Source: Candidatus Latescibacterota bacterium | Lineage (GTDB): Bacteria > Latescibacterota > UBA2968 > UBA8231 | Direction: 5' to 3' | Length of the DNA stretch: 48,260 bases | Assembly (NCBI GenBank): GCA_965205655.1 | Contig: CBDBIJ010000127.1 | Location: 1-48,260, forward strand | In this document: positions 37,441 to 47,475 of the stretch, one piece after another | Position numbering within the stretch: the first letter of the stretch is position 1 | How the letters are laid out: every line of letters begins with the position of its first letter | Translations under genes and position numbers: made by a program | Notes under the pieces: generated by a model | Seen by the model: only the letters and a program-made list of their open reading frames with translations | What the model was told of the DNA's origin: nothing | Databases searched by the model: none

Positions 37441-37462
37441 GAAGGCGATTAGATTGTGGCGT

Positions 37463-37627
37463 TTAGGCGACCAGATCCAGAGTTATATCCTCATCCTCGC
37501 GTGACGCCTTTTCAGCGTGGTCTTCGGACTCATCCTTGTGCTTGCGGTTGCGGCGCCGTTCCTGTCTCTCCTCCTTGGACAGGGCGTCGTTCGTTCGCAG
37601 CACCATGGAATTGATTGGATTTATCAT
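37463..37627 (-). CDS. small charged protein (54 aa), below the ORF-track cutoff
   Basis: MINPINSMVLRTNDALSKEERQERRRNRKHKDESEDHAEKASREDEDITLDLVA; own terminator downstream and a sigma28-like promoter upstream. Confidence 0.65.
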   Translation of the reverse strand: MINPINSMVLRTNDALSKEERQERRRNRKHKDESEDHAEKASREDEDITLDLVA

Positions 37628-37688
37628 CTTGATTCCGTATGGCCAATCCCGCTGATACTCACTCCAGTCGGGGCAGTTTCTGTTCTAG

Positions 37689-37715
37689 TTATCGGCAGCG
37701 ACCCGAGGGTGTTGG
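37689..37715 (-). promoter_or_regulatory. sigma28 (FliA)-type promoter
   Basis: CCAA-N15-GCCGATAA (perfect -10, weak -35). Confidence 0.5.
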
Positions 37716-37815
37716 GGGAATCGTTGTAATGCGTTGATAATTAATGATTTATGGAGCCTGAAAAATCACTGACGCCGATCACAGCCGCTCAGTAGTCGTA
37801 CCTATCGCTCTCGTC

Positions 37816-38931
37816 TTGTTCGGCATCATCGCTGGCTGCCTCCTCTTCGAGGGCTTCCTCAGATGGGTCGTCCCTGACCGTTTTGTGTATAGAAACCCCA
37901 CATTTCTGGTAGAGTCCGTGCACCCGGGAGACGCCGAACAGCAAATGGCGGACAAGAGGCTCGGTGCTGCCGTGCACTACACCGACCGCCCGTGGCACTA
38001 CCGCCTCAAGCGCGACCTCCGGGCACGCTTCAGTTCCTCCGAGTTCGACGTCTCTTTCGAGACGAACGAGAGCGGACTGCGAGGTCAGCCGTTGCGCTCA
38101 GATGAGACGTATCGAGTCTTGGGGCTCGGTGATTCGTTTGCCATGGGATACGGTGTCGAGGCAGAGGAGACATATCTCAGCATGTTGGGGGAGCTCTGGG
38201 ATCCGCGAGTCGAAATCGAGCCACTGAACGCGGGGCTTGTCGGGTACAACCCCTACAACAGCTATCACTACCTCATCGGCGAAGGTTTTGGCTTTGAGCC
38301 CAAGCTCGTCATTCTCCAGCTTTGGGTGGGAGACGACCTGTGCGGAGGGCGTGACCCGGGAAGGCCTCAGGGATTGGAAAGCACGACTCTCCAACGCCGG
38401 GCGAAGGAGTGGATGCAGCACCTTCACGTCGCCATGCTTGTGAGACAGGGGTTGCGGTCGATCCCGTCGTTCCGACGCTGGGCCATGAAACGAAGCCTGA
38501 TCACGGGATTCAGGGCAGACAAGCTGCTTCGTCCCGGATTGGTCGATCGTTGCGCCGGGTCGCTGACGGATCTTTCAAGCATGTTGGCGAAATCAAGAGA
38601 GGCGTGCGCGCGCGCCAATGCCAGATTCATCGCCCTCCTGATTCCGATACGAGAGCAGGTCTACGAGCGGGATCGGGTAAGCAGCCTCGATTACAATTTC
38701 AGCTCGACCGATCCTGCGACGCTGGATATCAAAGCACCGAGTCGAGCTCTGCGTGATGCTGCTGTAAGGGCCGGCGTCGAGCTTGTAGATCTGCTCGAAC
38801 CGTTTCTGAATCACGACCCGGCGGAGCGACTCTACTTCACCCGCCTCGACCCACACATGACGCCGGCCGGACATCGGTTGGCAGCCGAAACCCTGGCGCG
38901 GCATCTCGAGAAACATCCGGCTGCAGAATGA
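37816..38931 (+). CDS. SGNH/GDSL hydrolase-family membrane-anchored protein (start probably ATG 37751 across an indel)
   Basis: TM anchor, TNESGLR, LGLGDSFAMG, NAGLVGY, WVGDD, DPHMTPAGHRLAA. Confidence 0.85.
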   Translation: MFGIIAGCLLFEGFLRWVVPDRFVYRNPTFLVESVHPGDAEQQMADKRLGAAVHYTDRPWHYRLKRDLRARFSSSEFDVSFETNESGLRGQPLRSDETYRVLGLGDSFAMGYGVEAEETYLSMLGELWDPRVEIEPLNAGLVGYNPYNSYHYLIGEGFGFEPKLVILQLWVGDDLCGGRDPGRPQGLESTTLQRRAKEWMQHLHVAMLVRQGLRSIPSFRRWAMKRSLITGFRADKLLRPGLVDRCAGSLTDLSSMLAKSREACARANARFIALLIPIREQVYERDRVSSLDYNFSSTDPATLDIKAPSRALRDAAVRAGVELVDLLEPFLNHDPAERLYFTRLDPHMTPAGHRLAAETLARHLEKHPAAE

Positions 38932-41876
38932 AGAGCGTACCGAAAGGACCTTCGATGGCACCTAAACTGCGCGTATTACTCTGCCAGGTCGCCTGCCTCA
39001 TCGCCACTTCTGCGGCGGCCGAATACACCCTGACCCACAAACCGGACAAACACGATCCGATGCGGGTCCATGTGTACCGGCTCGACAATGGGCTCACTGT
39101 CTATCTGACGGAGAACCACGAGGAGCCCAGGTTTTATGCCGAAATCGCTGTGCGCGCCGGCAGCAAACACGATCCCTCGCAGTCCACGGGTATCGCTCAT
39201 TACCTCGAGCACATGCTCTTCAAAGGGACGATCCACTACGGCACCCTCGATTTCGTGGAAGAGTCCGTTCACCTGGACAGCATCGTCGCCCTCTACGAGC
39301 AGCACGTGCGGGAACGCGATCCGCAGAGGCGCGCCGAGATCTATGCCCTCATCAACGAGCAGAATCAGCTCGGTTCCCAGTTCGCCATCCCTGGCGAGTT
39401 GGACAGAATCTTTACGGCCATGGGCGCTCAGCATGTCAACGCACACACTTGGTTCGAAGAGACCGTCTACAAAGTCGACCTCCCGTCGACGCGGCTGCGA
39501 CAGTGGGCGCGGATTGAGGCGGAACGGTTTCGGTATCCCGTTTTCCGCCTCTTCCAGACTGAGTTGGAAACCGTCTACGAAGAAAAAAACCGGTCCATGG
39601 ACAACAAGGACCGGCTCATTCGGGAAGCGGTGAGTCGCCTCCTGTTCAAGAACCATCCGTACGGACAGCAGACAACTCTGGGATCAGTCGAGCATCTCAA
39701 GAACCCCTCACTGACCCGCATGTACAAGTACTACAGAGCCTACTACGTGCCCAACAACATGGGCGTATTCCTCTCAGGTGACTTTGAGATCGCAGAAGCG
39801 ATCGACGTCATCGATACCGAGTTCGGCATCTGGGAACCCAAAGAGTTGCCGCCGGCCCAGAGGTGGCAGGAAGAGGAGCTGCAAGGGGTGGAACGTGTTT
39901 CAGTGAGCTATCCTGGCGAAGAGTATGTCCTCCTCGCGTTTCGGACTGCGCCGAGCACGCACAAAGACACCGAGGCGCTCCAACTGCTCGACTTGACTCT
40001 CGACAATGCCAATGCCGGTCTCATCAACATCAATCTCAACCTGCAGCAGCGGGTTCGAAAGGCGGGGTCGTGGACGACCTCGCACAACACCTTCAACGAC
40101 CACGGCGCCCAGTTCCTCTACGGGATTCCGAAGCAGGATCAGAGTCTGGAGGAGGTGGAGCAGCTCCTGCTCGATCAGATCGAGCTGATCAAAGCGGGGG
40201 ATCTCGAAGACTGGATCATCCCGGCGATCGTCACCGATTTCAAGAAGACCAACACGAAAAAGCTCGAGAGCAACTCCGCCCGTGCAGCGCTGATGCGTGA
40301 CTCATTTCTCGCCAACAAGGACTGGAACCACGCCCGGCACAAGCTCGAGCGCATGCGGAGACTCGCCAAGAAGCATGTCGTCAAGGTGGCCAGGAAGTAT
40401 TTCAAAGACAGTTACGTCGCCGGATACCGCCGTGACGGCGAACCCGATCTGCCGTCAATCGACAAACCAGCCATCGATCCAATCGAGATCGATCCCGGCC
40501 GCCAGTCCGATTTCGCGACCGAAATCCTGGAAATGCCGTACGACGAGATCGACCCCGAATACATGATCCCGGGGCGCGATTACGTCTCGCGCGAAGCTGG
40601 GGAGGGAGTGCAGCTCTACTACGCCCGCAATCCTCTCAACGATCTGTTTGTATTCGAAATCGACATTGATGTAGGACTGCATGCGGATAGAAGGCTCGCC
40701 GTGGCCGCCGAGTTCATCGGCAAGTCCGGCACTCCCCGGTTTGCTGCAGATGAGCTGAGAAAGGAGTGGTATCGCCTCGGAACCAACTTCGACATCAGCA
40801 CTGACGTCGACGAAACCGTCATCTCCATATCAGGTCTCGATGAGAATTTCGCCCCATCGCTGGCTCTGCTGACAGAATTCCTGCGACAGCCAACGGCTCC
40901 CGATTCGACCCTCGACGAGCTCAAAAAGATCATCCTCGTCAAGCGCCAGGACTCGATGAAAGATCACCGCTCCATCTTCCGCGCCCTTTATCGCTTTAAC
41001 CGCCACGGCGATATGTCGGAGTACCGACGGGTGCTTTCCAACGCGGAGCTCGGAGCTGTGACAGCAGCGGAGTTGCACCATCTCGTGAGTGGCCTGCTGA
41101 GTTACCGCCACTCGGTGAGCTACGCCGGCTCGCAGACGATTGAGGAGGTTCAAGCCCTGCTCGAGCAGCACTATAAGCTCGGCGACGAGGCGCTTGATGA
41201 GCCGCCACCGTTCAGCCCGATTCTGGCCCGTCGGCCGGACAGCACGGAAATCTACTTCTTCGACAAAGAGATGGCTCAGGCCCTCGTCCGCATCGAGTCT
41301 GGGGACGAGACCTACAGCGAGTTCCGGCGCCCGGCGATTCAGTTGTTCAACGAGTATTTCTACGGGGGGATGGCCGGCATCGTTTTCCAGGAATTGCGCG
41401 AAGCCCGCGCCCTCGCCTATTCCGCCTGGTCGAGATACTTCGTCGCCGAGCACAAAGAGGACGAGAACATCATGGGCGCTTTCATCGGCTGCCAGGCTGA
41501 TAAGACACCGAACGCTCTGGCCACCTTCATCGAGCTCATCGACGAGATGCCGGAATCACCGGACCGATTCGCCGCAGCGCAACAGGCGCTCATCAACGAA
41601 TACCGCACGTCGCGGCTCAGTTTCCGTGAGGTTTTGGGCGCCGTGCACACCTGGGAGGATCAGGGTGTCACCATCGACCCGAGAGCCTGGCGGTTCGAGC
41701 AGATCCAACACGCGGATCTGAGTGCGGTTCTCGAGTTTCAGGCGGAGCATATCAGGGACCGGCCAAAGCTCGTCTCCATCGTGGGAGACAAGAGCAAGAT
41801 CGATATGACAGAGCTTGCGAGAAGCGGGAAAGTTGTAGAGGTAGGTGGTGGGAGGAAATCTTTGGGTATTAGCTGA
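38928..41876 (+). CDS. M16 (insulinase/pitrilysin) zinc peptidase
   Basis: LDNGLTVYL, VRAGSK, TGIAHYLEHMLFKGT (HxxEH), NAHT, ELETVYEEKN, FQELREARALAYSA. Confidence 0.95.
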   Translation: MKSVPKGPSMAPKLRVLLCQVACLIATSAAAEYTLTHKPDKHDPMRVHVYRLDNGLTVYLTENHEEPRFYAEIAVRAGSKHDPSQSTGIAHYLEHMLFKGTIHYGTLDFVEESVHLDSIVALYEQHVRERDPQRRAEIYALINEQNQLGSQFAIPGELDRIFTAMGAQHVNAHTWFEETVYKVDLPSTRLRQWARIEAERFRYPVFRLFQTELETVYEEKNRSMDNKDRLIREAVSRLLFKNHPYGQQTTLGSVEHLKNPSLTRMYKYYRAYYVPNNMGVFLSGDFEIAEAIDVIDTEFGIWEPKELPPAQRWQEEELQGVERVSVSYPGEEYVLLAFRTAPSTHKDTEALQLLDLTLDNANAGLININLNLQQRVRKAGSWTTSHNTFNDHGAQFLYGIPKQDQSLEEVEQLLLDQIELIKAGDLEDWIIPAIVTDFKKTNTKKLESNSARAALMRDSFLANKDWNHARHKLERMRRLAKKHVVKVARKYFKDSYVAGYRRDGEPDLPSIDKPAIDPIEIDPGRQSDFATEILEMPYDEIDPEYMIPGRDYVSREAGEGVQLYYARNPLNDLFVFEIDIDVGLHADRRLAVAAEFIGKSGTPRFAADELRKEWYRLGTNFDISTDVDETVISISGLDENFAPSLALLTEFLRQPTAPDSTLDELKKIILVKRQDSMKDHRSIFRALYRFNRHGDMSEYRRVLSNAELGAVTAAELHHLVSGLLSYRHSVSYAGSQTIEEVQALLEQHYKLGDEALDEPPPFSPILARRPDSTEIYFFDKEMAQALVRIESGDETYSEFRRPAIQLFNEYFYGGMAGIVFQELREARALAYSAWSRYFVAEHKEDENIMGAFIGCQADKTPNALATFIELIDEMPESPDRFAAAQQALINEYRTSRLSFREVLGAVHTWEDQGVTIDPRAWRFEQIQHADLSAVLEFQAEHIRDRPKLVSIVGDKSKIDMTELARSGKVVEVGGGRKSLGIS

Positions 41877-41886
41877 CCCGTTTTCT

Positions 41887-41915
41887 TTGACAAGATGAGG
41901 CCTCACCTCTAGCTT
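41887..41915 (+). promoter_or_regulatory. sigma70 promoter of tRNA-Met
   Basis: TTGACA-N17-TAGCTT, 17 bp before the tRNA. Confidence 0.65.
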
Positions 41916-41932
41916 CTGGCGCTGGAAACTGT

Positions 41933-42009
41933 GGCGGCGTAGCTCAGTTGGTTAGAGCAGCGGAATCATAATCCGCGTGTCGGGGGTTCGAATCCCTCCG
42001 CCGCTACCA
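41933..42009 (+). tRNA. tRNA-Met (CAT), elongator type
   Basis: GGCGGCGTAGCTCAGTTGGTTAGAGC, GCGGA ATCATAA TCCGC, GTTCGAATC, CCA; lacks the initiator GGG/CCC stem and C1:A72 mismatch. Confidence 0.93.
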
Positions 42010-42029
42010 ACCATCCAATCGATCCCCAG

Positions 42030-42344
42030 ATGCGGGCGGTGGAAAGGATGATCCTAGGTACCGAGGACGGACTCGATCGAACTCTGGCCCTGGACGCCAA
42101 CACGCGGCAGCGTTTTGGGCGACTTGGCGCTCTGGCGCAGGAGTATGCCCGCCCGTCGGGACACGATGAGGTCCTGCGGTTGGTGGAAAGCGTGGTCCAG
42201 TCCCACGGACCCGGTGGTATGTGTCAGCACGGCATAATGCAGACCACGTGGTCGGTGTTGATGGACGCTCGCAAGCGAGAGCTGTTGCTAGCGGATGGGT
42301 ATCCTTGCACTGCGGCGTGGGAGCGCTTCAGCCTGGCCAACTGA
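42030..42344 (+). pseudogene. C-terminal fragment of a C45-like (Ntn hydrolase) acyltransferase
   Basis: SHGPGGMCQH...TTWSVLMD...LLLADGYPC resembles C45 C-termini; N-terminal part absent. Confidence 0.45.
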
Positions 42345-42350
42345 CGGAGT

Positions 42351-43780
42351 GGTCAAGGCCCAGTTTCAGTTGAAACAAATCACAGGCTCTGGTGAGTGTG
42401 TCAGCCCATCATCGCGAGCTGTTTGATGCCGAGTTCGGCTTGTATGGCTTGCCGGAGCATCGGCAGATGGCGATAGCCCTTGACCCTGCGCAGACGTGGT
42501 TCGATGTCGAGCAGTGCCGTGGCTACCCAACGGTGACGCTGTGATGAGTTGGTCCAGCGTCGCACGTTGTGTGTGAGCTGCTCCAGGAGACTGTTGACGT
42601 TCTCGATGCAGTTGGTGGTGCGGAAGGAATCCTTGAGCATCGGCGTCAGTCCCAACCGATGGAGTGTGAGGGGTCTCTTCCATGCCTTCCTCGAGGCTGT
42701 GTAGGGCGGACTGATTCATCAACTTCAAGCCCGGTTTGAGCGCGTCCAGTGCCGCCTTGGCCGCCTCGTATCTCGGTTTGCCGTAGGCCGCCTCCATCTT
42801 GCGACCCATACCGGACTGCTCGCTTTTGGACAGATACGACACGACGTTCTGGCGCTTGTGATACTGGCAGCGCTGCACGCAGGCATGTCCTTTGAGCACC
42901 GACATCACCGCCTTGTAAAGCCCCTTGGCGCCGTCGATGACGACCAACAGTCCGGCTTCGTACTGCATACCGCGTTCGACCAGATCGGACAGGAAGCGAC
43001 GGCAGACGCGCTCGTTTTCCGTGGCCGCCTGCACGAAGCCAAGAGGAATCTTCTGTCCGTCGAGGGTGACGCCCAGGGCGATGATGATCTCCTCGTCCGC
43101 GAAGCTCTTGCCGTCGAGGAATAGCGCCACCAGATCATATCCTTCCAGGGATCGCTCCTGGAATTCAGCCAGCTTTCGAGCCGTGCCTTTCACGTAACGA
43201 CGGGACACCGATGAGGATGACAGACCAAAGGCCTCGGGTACGGCCTCAGCGCAGGCCTCGTAGTTGCGCGTGGCGATGCCCTTCAGCATCCGCAACAGCA
43301 GACCTTCGTCCATCTGTCGAGGCGTCTGCAGTGCCTGGTAAACATCCAGCGGGACCTCGGTATGGTTGGCCACGTTGCGCACCCGCGGCACATCGACGGG
43401 TAGTTTCTGGTCGGCCAGGTACACCGACCCGAGCTGAGACCCCCAGCGGCGTAACGGCTGATCCGACCCCTTGCGCTGATACCGCGGCCCAGCCAACTCA
43501 ACGACCGCTCTTTGCAGCTCCTCCGCGACCGCCTGCAGCCCCAAGGGAATCAGCCATTGGATCGCCTCGATCCGGCCATCCAGGTCCTCTACTTGCTCTG
43601 CAGTCTCGGGTGCTACCTTGCCGATGCTCACCGTTCGTTTGACGCCCTTCTTCCGTGCTACCAGCTTGCTCATTGCAGGCTCCCCATCGTTACCGATGCG
43701 AGACTTCTTCCAACGGGCTTCTCGTATCAAAACGTAACGATTGGAGCCTGTGCTGTTTCAACTAAGATCGGGACAAAGCG
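42351..43780 (-). mobile_element. IS256-family element, copy 1 (no target duplication; transposase frameshifted at ~42670)
   Basis: Nearly identical to 46045-47475; imperfect long terminal IRs (TTTCAACT core); G4 instead of G3 at 42670. Confidence 0.92.
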
Positions 43781-43805
43781 CGGCCCCGGCCCGGTGCCTG
43801 TAGCT

Positions 43806-44005
43806 CCGCTGACCAGCTTCGTCGGTCAGGCAAAACGACGGAAATTGGCTTCTCGGGTAACATCGCGATCGGAGCTCCAATTCGCGGCCTGAGATCTTTT
43901 CCAGCCTATCGTTTCTGCGCCGGCCCGACCGGTGTGCCTCTAACCCCACGCTAAACCGCTGACAACCTCCGTCGCTCAGGCAAAACGACAGAAACTGGCC
44001 TTCTC
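43806..44005. repeat. two imperfect ~49-bp direct repeats at 150-bp spacing, each with a GTCG-N11-CGAC palindrome
   Basis: CCGCTGACCAGCTTCGTCGGTCAGGCAAAACGACGGAAATTGGCTTCTC vs CCGCTGACAACCTCCGTCGCTCAGGCAAAACGACAGAAACTGGCCTTCTC. Confidence 0.8.
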
Positions 44006-44121
44006 TTGCCCGATCGACGCCTCACACGGCTACCCGACTCAAGTGCACGAGTTCGAAACCCCCCTCGACAGGGCCGGACCTGCGGCACATACTATCGATC
44101 TCTTTAGGCGAAAGAAGTCAT

Positions 44122-45368
44122 CGCGAGTTCAACCAGTCAACGCAACACCTTCGTCAACGCAACACCTTCATTGAAGCGTTCTGCGGGTGAAACGAACCCC
44201 AACGTCTTCCGCGGGCGCTGGTTCAGTTGAAGAGCGACTCTGTTCAGGTCGGCTTGGGAGAATGGCGACAGATCGGTCTTCCTCGGGAAGTACTGTCGAA
44301 GAAGGCGATTCGTGTTCTCATTTGTGCCTCGTTGCCAGGGACTCTGAGGATCACAGAAATACACCTCGACGTCAGTTGCGATCGAGAACTCCTTGTGCCG
44401 AGCTAGCTCCATTCCTCGATCCCAGGTAAGGGACAACCGCACCGCGGAGGGGAGTCGTTTCACCTGGCTGATCAGCGCTCTGACAACGGTCTCGGTGTCT
44501 TTGCCGTTGAGCTTCACGAGCATCGTGAACCGAGACTGCCGCTCCACCAACGTGGCGATGTGCGTGTTGTTCGACCCCGAGATCAAGTCTCCCTCCCAGT
44601 GGCCGGGAACGGCGCGGTCCTCGATCTCGGCAGGCCGCTCGCTGATGGATACGGCGTCGACGATCCGGCCTCTCGGCTGATCGCGTGTGCTTGCCTTCTT
44701 GGATCGCCGCATCATCCTTCGCGTCCGCAGATGCGCAATGAGGTCCTTGTTGAGTGCCCCGCGTGCCTGGATGAAGAGAGTTCGATAGATCGTTTCGTGG
44801 GATATCTGCATATTTCCTAAAAGCGCATACTCCCGCTTCAGCCATCCCGATATCTGCTCAGGTGACCACTTCAGGCGTAGCTTGTCCGCCACGACTCGCC
44901 GCAAACGAAGATTGGATGCGAGTCGGCAGCATTTCGGCCGGCTGGCGCGCGTCCAGGCTGCTTGGTCGGCGACGTTTGCTCGGTACCTTTGCCGCCCGCC
45001 ATTGCGGGCAATCTCTCGGCTAACCGTCGAGGGTGCACGCTCAACAGCGGCCGCAATTATTCGTATCGATTTTCCCGCAGCGATACCTCGAGAGATCTCT
45101 TCACGCTCTTCCCAGGCAAGAGCCCATCGAGAGCGTCGACGCGGCATTGGTACGATGCCCCCATTGGCGGTGATGACACCATGAATCGACGCCGGATGCT
45201 TCCCGAGCGCCCGACCAATATCGCTATGCGACTGGCCGCTCTTCCATCGACGCCATACCTCCGACTTCTGTGACGCGGACAATCCTGGTCGTCCCATTTG
45301 AGCCATGTGCAACATCTCCTATGATTAGATTAGTGGGGAGAATGTTGCATTGACCAATTGAATATACC
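44122..45368 (-). mobile_element. IS30-family insertion sequence
   Basis: IRs TTCAACCAGTCAACGCAACA / TTCAATTGGTCAATGCAACA resemble IS30 ends. Confidence 0.9.
44137..45315 (-). CDS. IS30 transposase
   Basis: STVSREIARN, WSPEQI, SHETIY, GHWEGDLI, TWDRGME, SPWQRGTNENTNRLLRQY, LNQRPRKTLG. Confidence 0.95.
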   Translation of the reverse strand: MLHMAQMGRPGLSASQKSEVWRRWKSGQSHSDIGRALGKHPASIHGVITANGGIVPMPRRRSRWALAWEEREEISRGIAAGKSIRIIAAAVERAPSTVSREIARNGGRQRYRANVADQAAWTRASRPKCCRLASNLRLRRVVADKLRLKWSPEQISGWLKREYALLGNMQISHETIYRTLFIQARGALNKDLIAHLRTRRMMRRSKKASTRDQPRGRIVDAVSISERPAEIEDRAVPGHWEGDLISGSNNTHIATLVERQSRFTMLVKLNGKDTETVVRALISQVKRLPSAVRLSLTWDRGMELARHKEFSIATDVEVYFCDPQSPWQRGTNENTNRLLRQYFPRKTDLSPFSQADLNRVALQLNQRPRKTLGFVSPAERFNEGVALTKVLR

Positions 45369-45514
45369 CTGGCTTCTTTCTGTAATTCGGAGGATTTCTT
45401 CAACTGGCAATAATCTCGTTTCGGTCTTCAGTAGAGACCTTCGTACTTTCCCGGCATGTTGAAGAAGCAGTGGCCAGAGTGACAGGGTGTAACGCCGGTG
45501 ATCTCCCGAGGGAG

Positions 45515-45631
45515 TCACGAATCGATATCGCCAATTTGGAAGTAGACGTTGAGCTTGCGCTTACTGACATCGACACAGATGTCGAGGAGCTGATCCAGTT
45601 GGACCACCGGAGCCTTCTTTGTAGATTTCAT
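45515..45631 (-). pseudogene. 5' remnant of an IS110-family (DEDD) recombinase
   Basis: MKSTKKAPVVQLDQLLDICVDVSKRKLNVYF resembles the first DEDD motif (xxIDVSK); AAGGAG RBS; stops after 38 aa. Confidence 0.55.
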
Positions 45632-46044
45632 GACGGGCTTCTCCTTTCAGATGCAGACGTGTCGCACACGTCTTTGAGGGTCTTTTTGGGACACCTCCGA
45701 ATATCGGCAAGAGAAGCCCTATTTGTTTTGTTCGCCTAAGAGTATGTAATGCCTCTTATCCTTCCTATCCTTTTTGTCCGGGCCACGGAGATGCCTTGAT
45801 TGGCGATGGCAAGGAGCGACTGATCGAGCTGTTCGAGTCGGGGGAGTCGACGTCGAAAAAACCGCCGAAAGTCAGCTACTTTCCTCTTTAGACCAGAGGA
45901 GATATAGCGGACGCGATGTCGTTTATTCGCGGGCGCCGTACCGTTCGGCAAACGTGGCGGGAAACGCAGCGGCCCTGCGCAACAGAGGAAGGTATCAGAT
46001 GGTAGAGCCTATCGCACTGACAAACCGAAAGCAGCTGTTCATTG

Positions 46045-47475
46045 GGTCAAGGCCCAGTTTCAGTTGAAAACAAATCACAGGGCTCGGGTGAGTGTGTCAG
46101 CCCATCATCGCGAGCTGTTTGATGCCGAGTTCGGCTTGTATGGCTTGCCGGAGCATCGGCAGATGGCGATAGCCCTTGACCCTGCGCAGACGTGGTTCGA
46201 TGTCGAGCAGTGCCGTGGCTACCCAACGGTGACGCTGTGATGAGTTGGTCCAGCGTCGCACGTTGTGTGTGAGCTGCTCCAGGAGACTGTTGACGTTCTC
46301 GATGCAGTTGGTGGTGCGGAAGGAATCCTTGAGCATCGGCGTCAGTCCCAACCGATGGAGTGTGAGGGTCTCTTCCATGCCTTCCTCGAGGCTGTGTAGG
46401 GCGGACTGATTCATCAACTTCAAGCCCGGTTTGAGCGCGTCCAGTGCCGCCTTGGCCGCCTCGTATCTCGGTTTGCCGTAGGCCGCCTCCATCTTGCGAC
46501 CCATACCGGACTGCTCGCTCTTGGACAGATACGACACGACGTTCTGGCGCTTGTGATACTGGCAGCGCTGCACGCAGGCATGTCCTTTGAGCACCGACAT
46601 CACCGCCTTGTAAAGCCCCTTGGCGCCGTCGATGACGACCAACAGTCCGGCTTCGTACTGCATACCGCGTTCGACCAGATCGGACAGGAAGCGACGGCAG
46701 ACGCGCTCGTTTTCCGTGGCCGCCTGCACGAAGCCAAGAGGAATCTTCTGTCCGTCGAGGGTGACGCCCAGGGCGATGATGATCTCCTCGTCCGCGAAGC
46801 TCTTGCCGTCGAGGAATAGCGCCACCAGATCATATCCTTCCAGGGATCGCTCCTGGAATTCAGCCAGCTTTCGAGCCGTGCCTTTCACGTAACGACGGGA
46901 CACCGATGAGGATGACAGACCAAAGGCCTCGGGTACGGCCTCAGCGCAGGCCTCGTAGTTGCGCGTGGCGATGCCCTTCAGCATCCGCAACAGCAGACCT
47001 TCGTCCATCTGTCGAGGCGTCTGCAGTGCCTGGTAAACATCCAGCGGGACCTCGGTATGGTTGGCCACGTTGCGCACCCGCGGCACATCGACGGGTAGTT
47101 TCTGGTCGGCCAGGTACACCGACCCGAGCTGAGACCCCCAGCGGCGTAACGGCTGATCCGACCCCTTGCGCTGATACCGCGGCCCAGCCAACTCAACGAC
47201 CGCTCTTTGCAGCTCCTCCGCGACCGCCTGCAGCCCCAAGGGAATCAGCCATTGGATCGCCTCGATCCGGCCATCCAGGTCCTCTACTTGCTCTGCAGTC
47301 TCGGGTGCTACCTTGCCGATGCTCACCGTTCGTTTGACGCCCTTCTTCCGTGCTACTAGCTTGCTCATTGCAGGCTCCCCATCGTTACCGATGCGAGACT
47401 TCTTCCAACGGGCTTCTCGTATCAAAACGTAACGATTGGAGCCTGTGCTGTTTCAACTAAGATCGGGACAAAGCG
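46045..47475 (-). mobile_element. IS256-family element, copy 2, with 8-bp target duplication GTTCATTG
   Basis: GTTCATTG at 46037-46044 and 47476-47483. Confidence 0.94.
46097..47425 (-). CDS. IS256 transposase (intact)
   Basis: LFLDG, VVIDGAKGL, QRCQYHK, RTTNCIENVN. Confidence 0.95.
   Translation of the reverse strand: MIREARWKKSRIGNDGEPAMSKLVARKKGVKRTVSIGKVAPETAEQVEDLDGRIEAIQWLIPLGLQAVAEELQRAVVELAGPRYQRKGSDQPLRRWGSQLGSVYLADQKLPVDVPRVRNVANHTEVPLDVYQALQTPRQMDEGLLLRMLKGIATRNYEACAEAVPEAFGLSSSSVSRRYVKGTARKLAEFQERSLEGYDLVALFLDGKSFADEEIIIALGVTLDGQKIPLGFVQAATENERVCRRFLSDLVERGMQYEAGLLVVIDGAKGLYKAVMSVLKGHACVQRCQYHKRQNVVSYLSKSEQSGMGRKMEAAYGKPRYEAAKAALDALKPGLKLMNQSALHSLEEGMEETLTLHRLGLTPMLKDSFRTTNCIENVNSLLEQLTHNVRRWTNSSQRHRWVATALLDIEPRLRRVKGYRHLPMLRQAIQAELGIKQLAMMG

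Noticed and set aside
37463..37606. Ribosomal protein L34 (Arg-rich small ORF)
   Set aside because: Lacks the KRTFQP and HGFR motifs and has an acidic C-terminal half
37517..37729. 70-aa hydrophobic plus-strand ORF
   Set aside because: Antisense shadow of the charged 54-aa ORF; the terminator and promoter favour the minus strand
41933..42009. tRNA-Ile2 (TilS substrate) or initiator tRNA
   Set aside because: Acceptor stem GGCGGCG resembles elongator Met and initiator hallmarks are absent; Ile2 not fully excluded without a covariance model
43820..44000. c-di-GMP-I riboswitch or integron attC sites (GGCAAA...GAAA; TAAC)
   Set aside because: No pairing arm or GACGCAAA after GAAA, and no complementary GTTRRRY end
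45736..45951. 71-aa minus-strand ORF
   Set aside because: No RBS or motif; lies in the likely promoter region of the glycoside hydrolase gene
42351..47475. Composite transposon bounded by the two IS256 copies
   Set aside because: Copy 2 has its own 8-bp duplication and the outer flanks do not match
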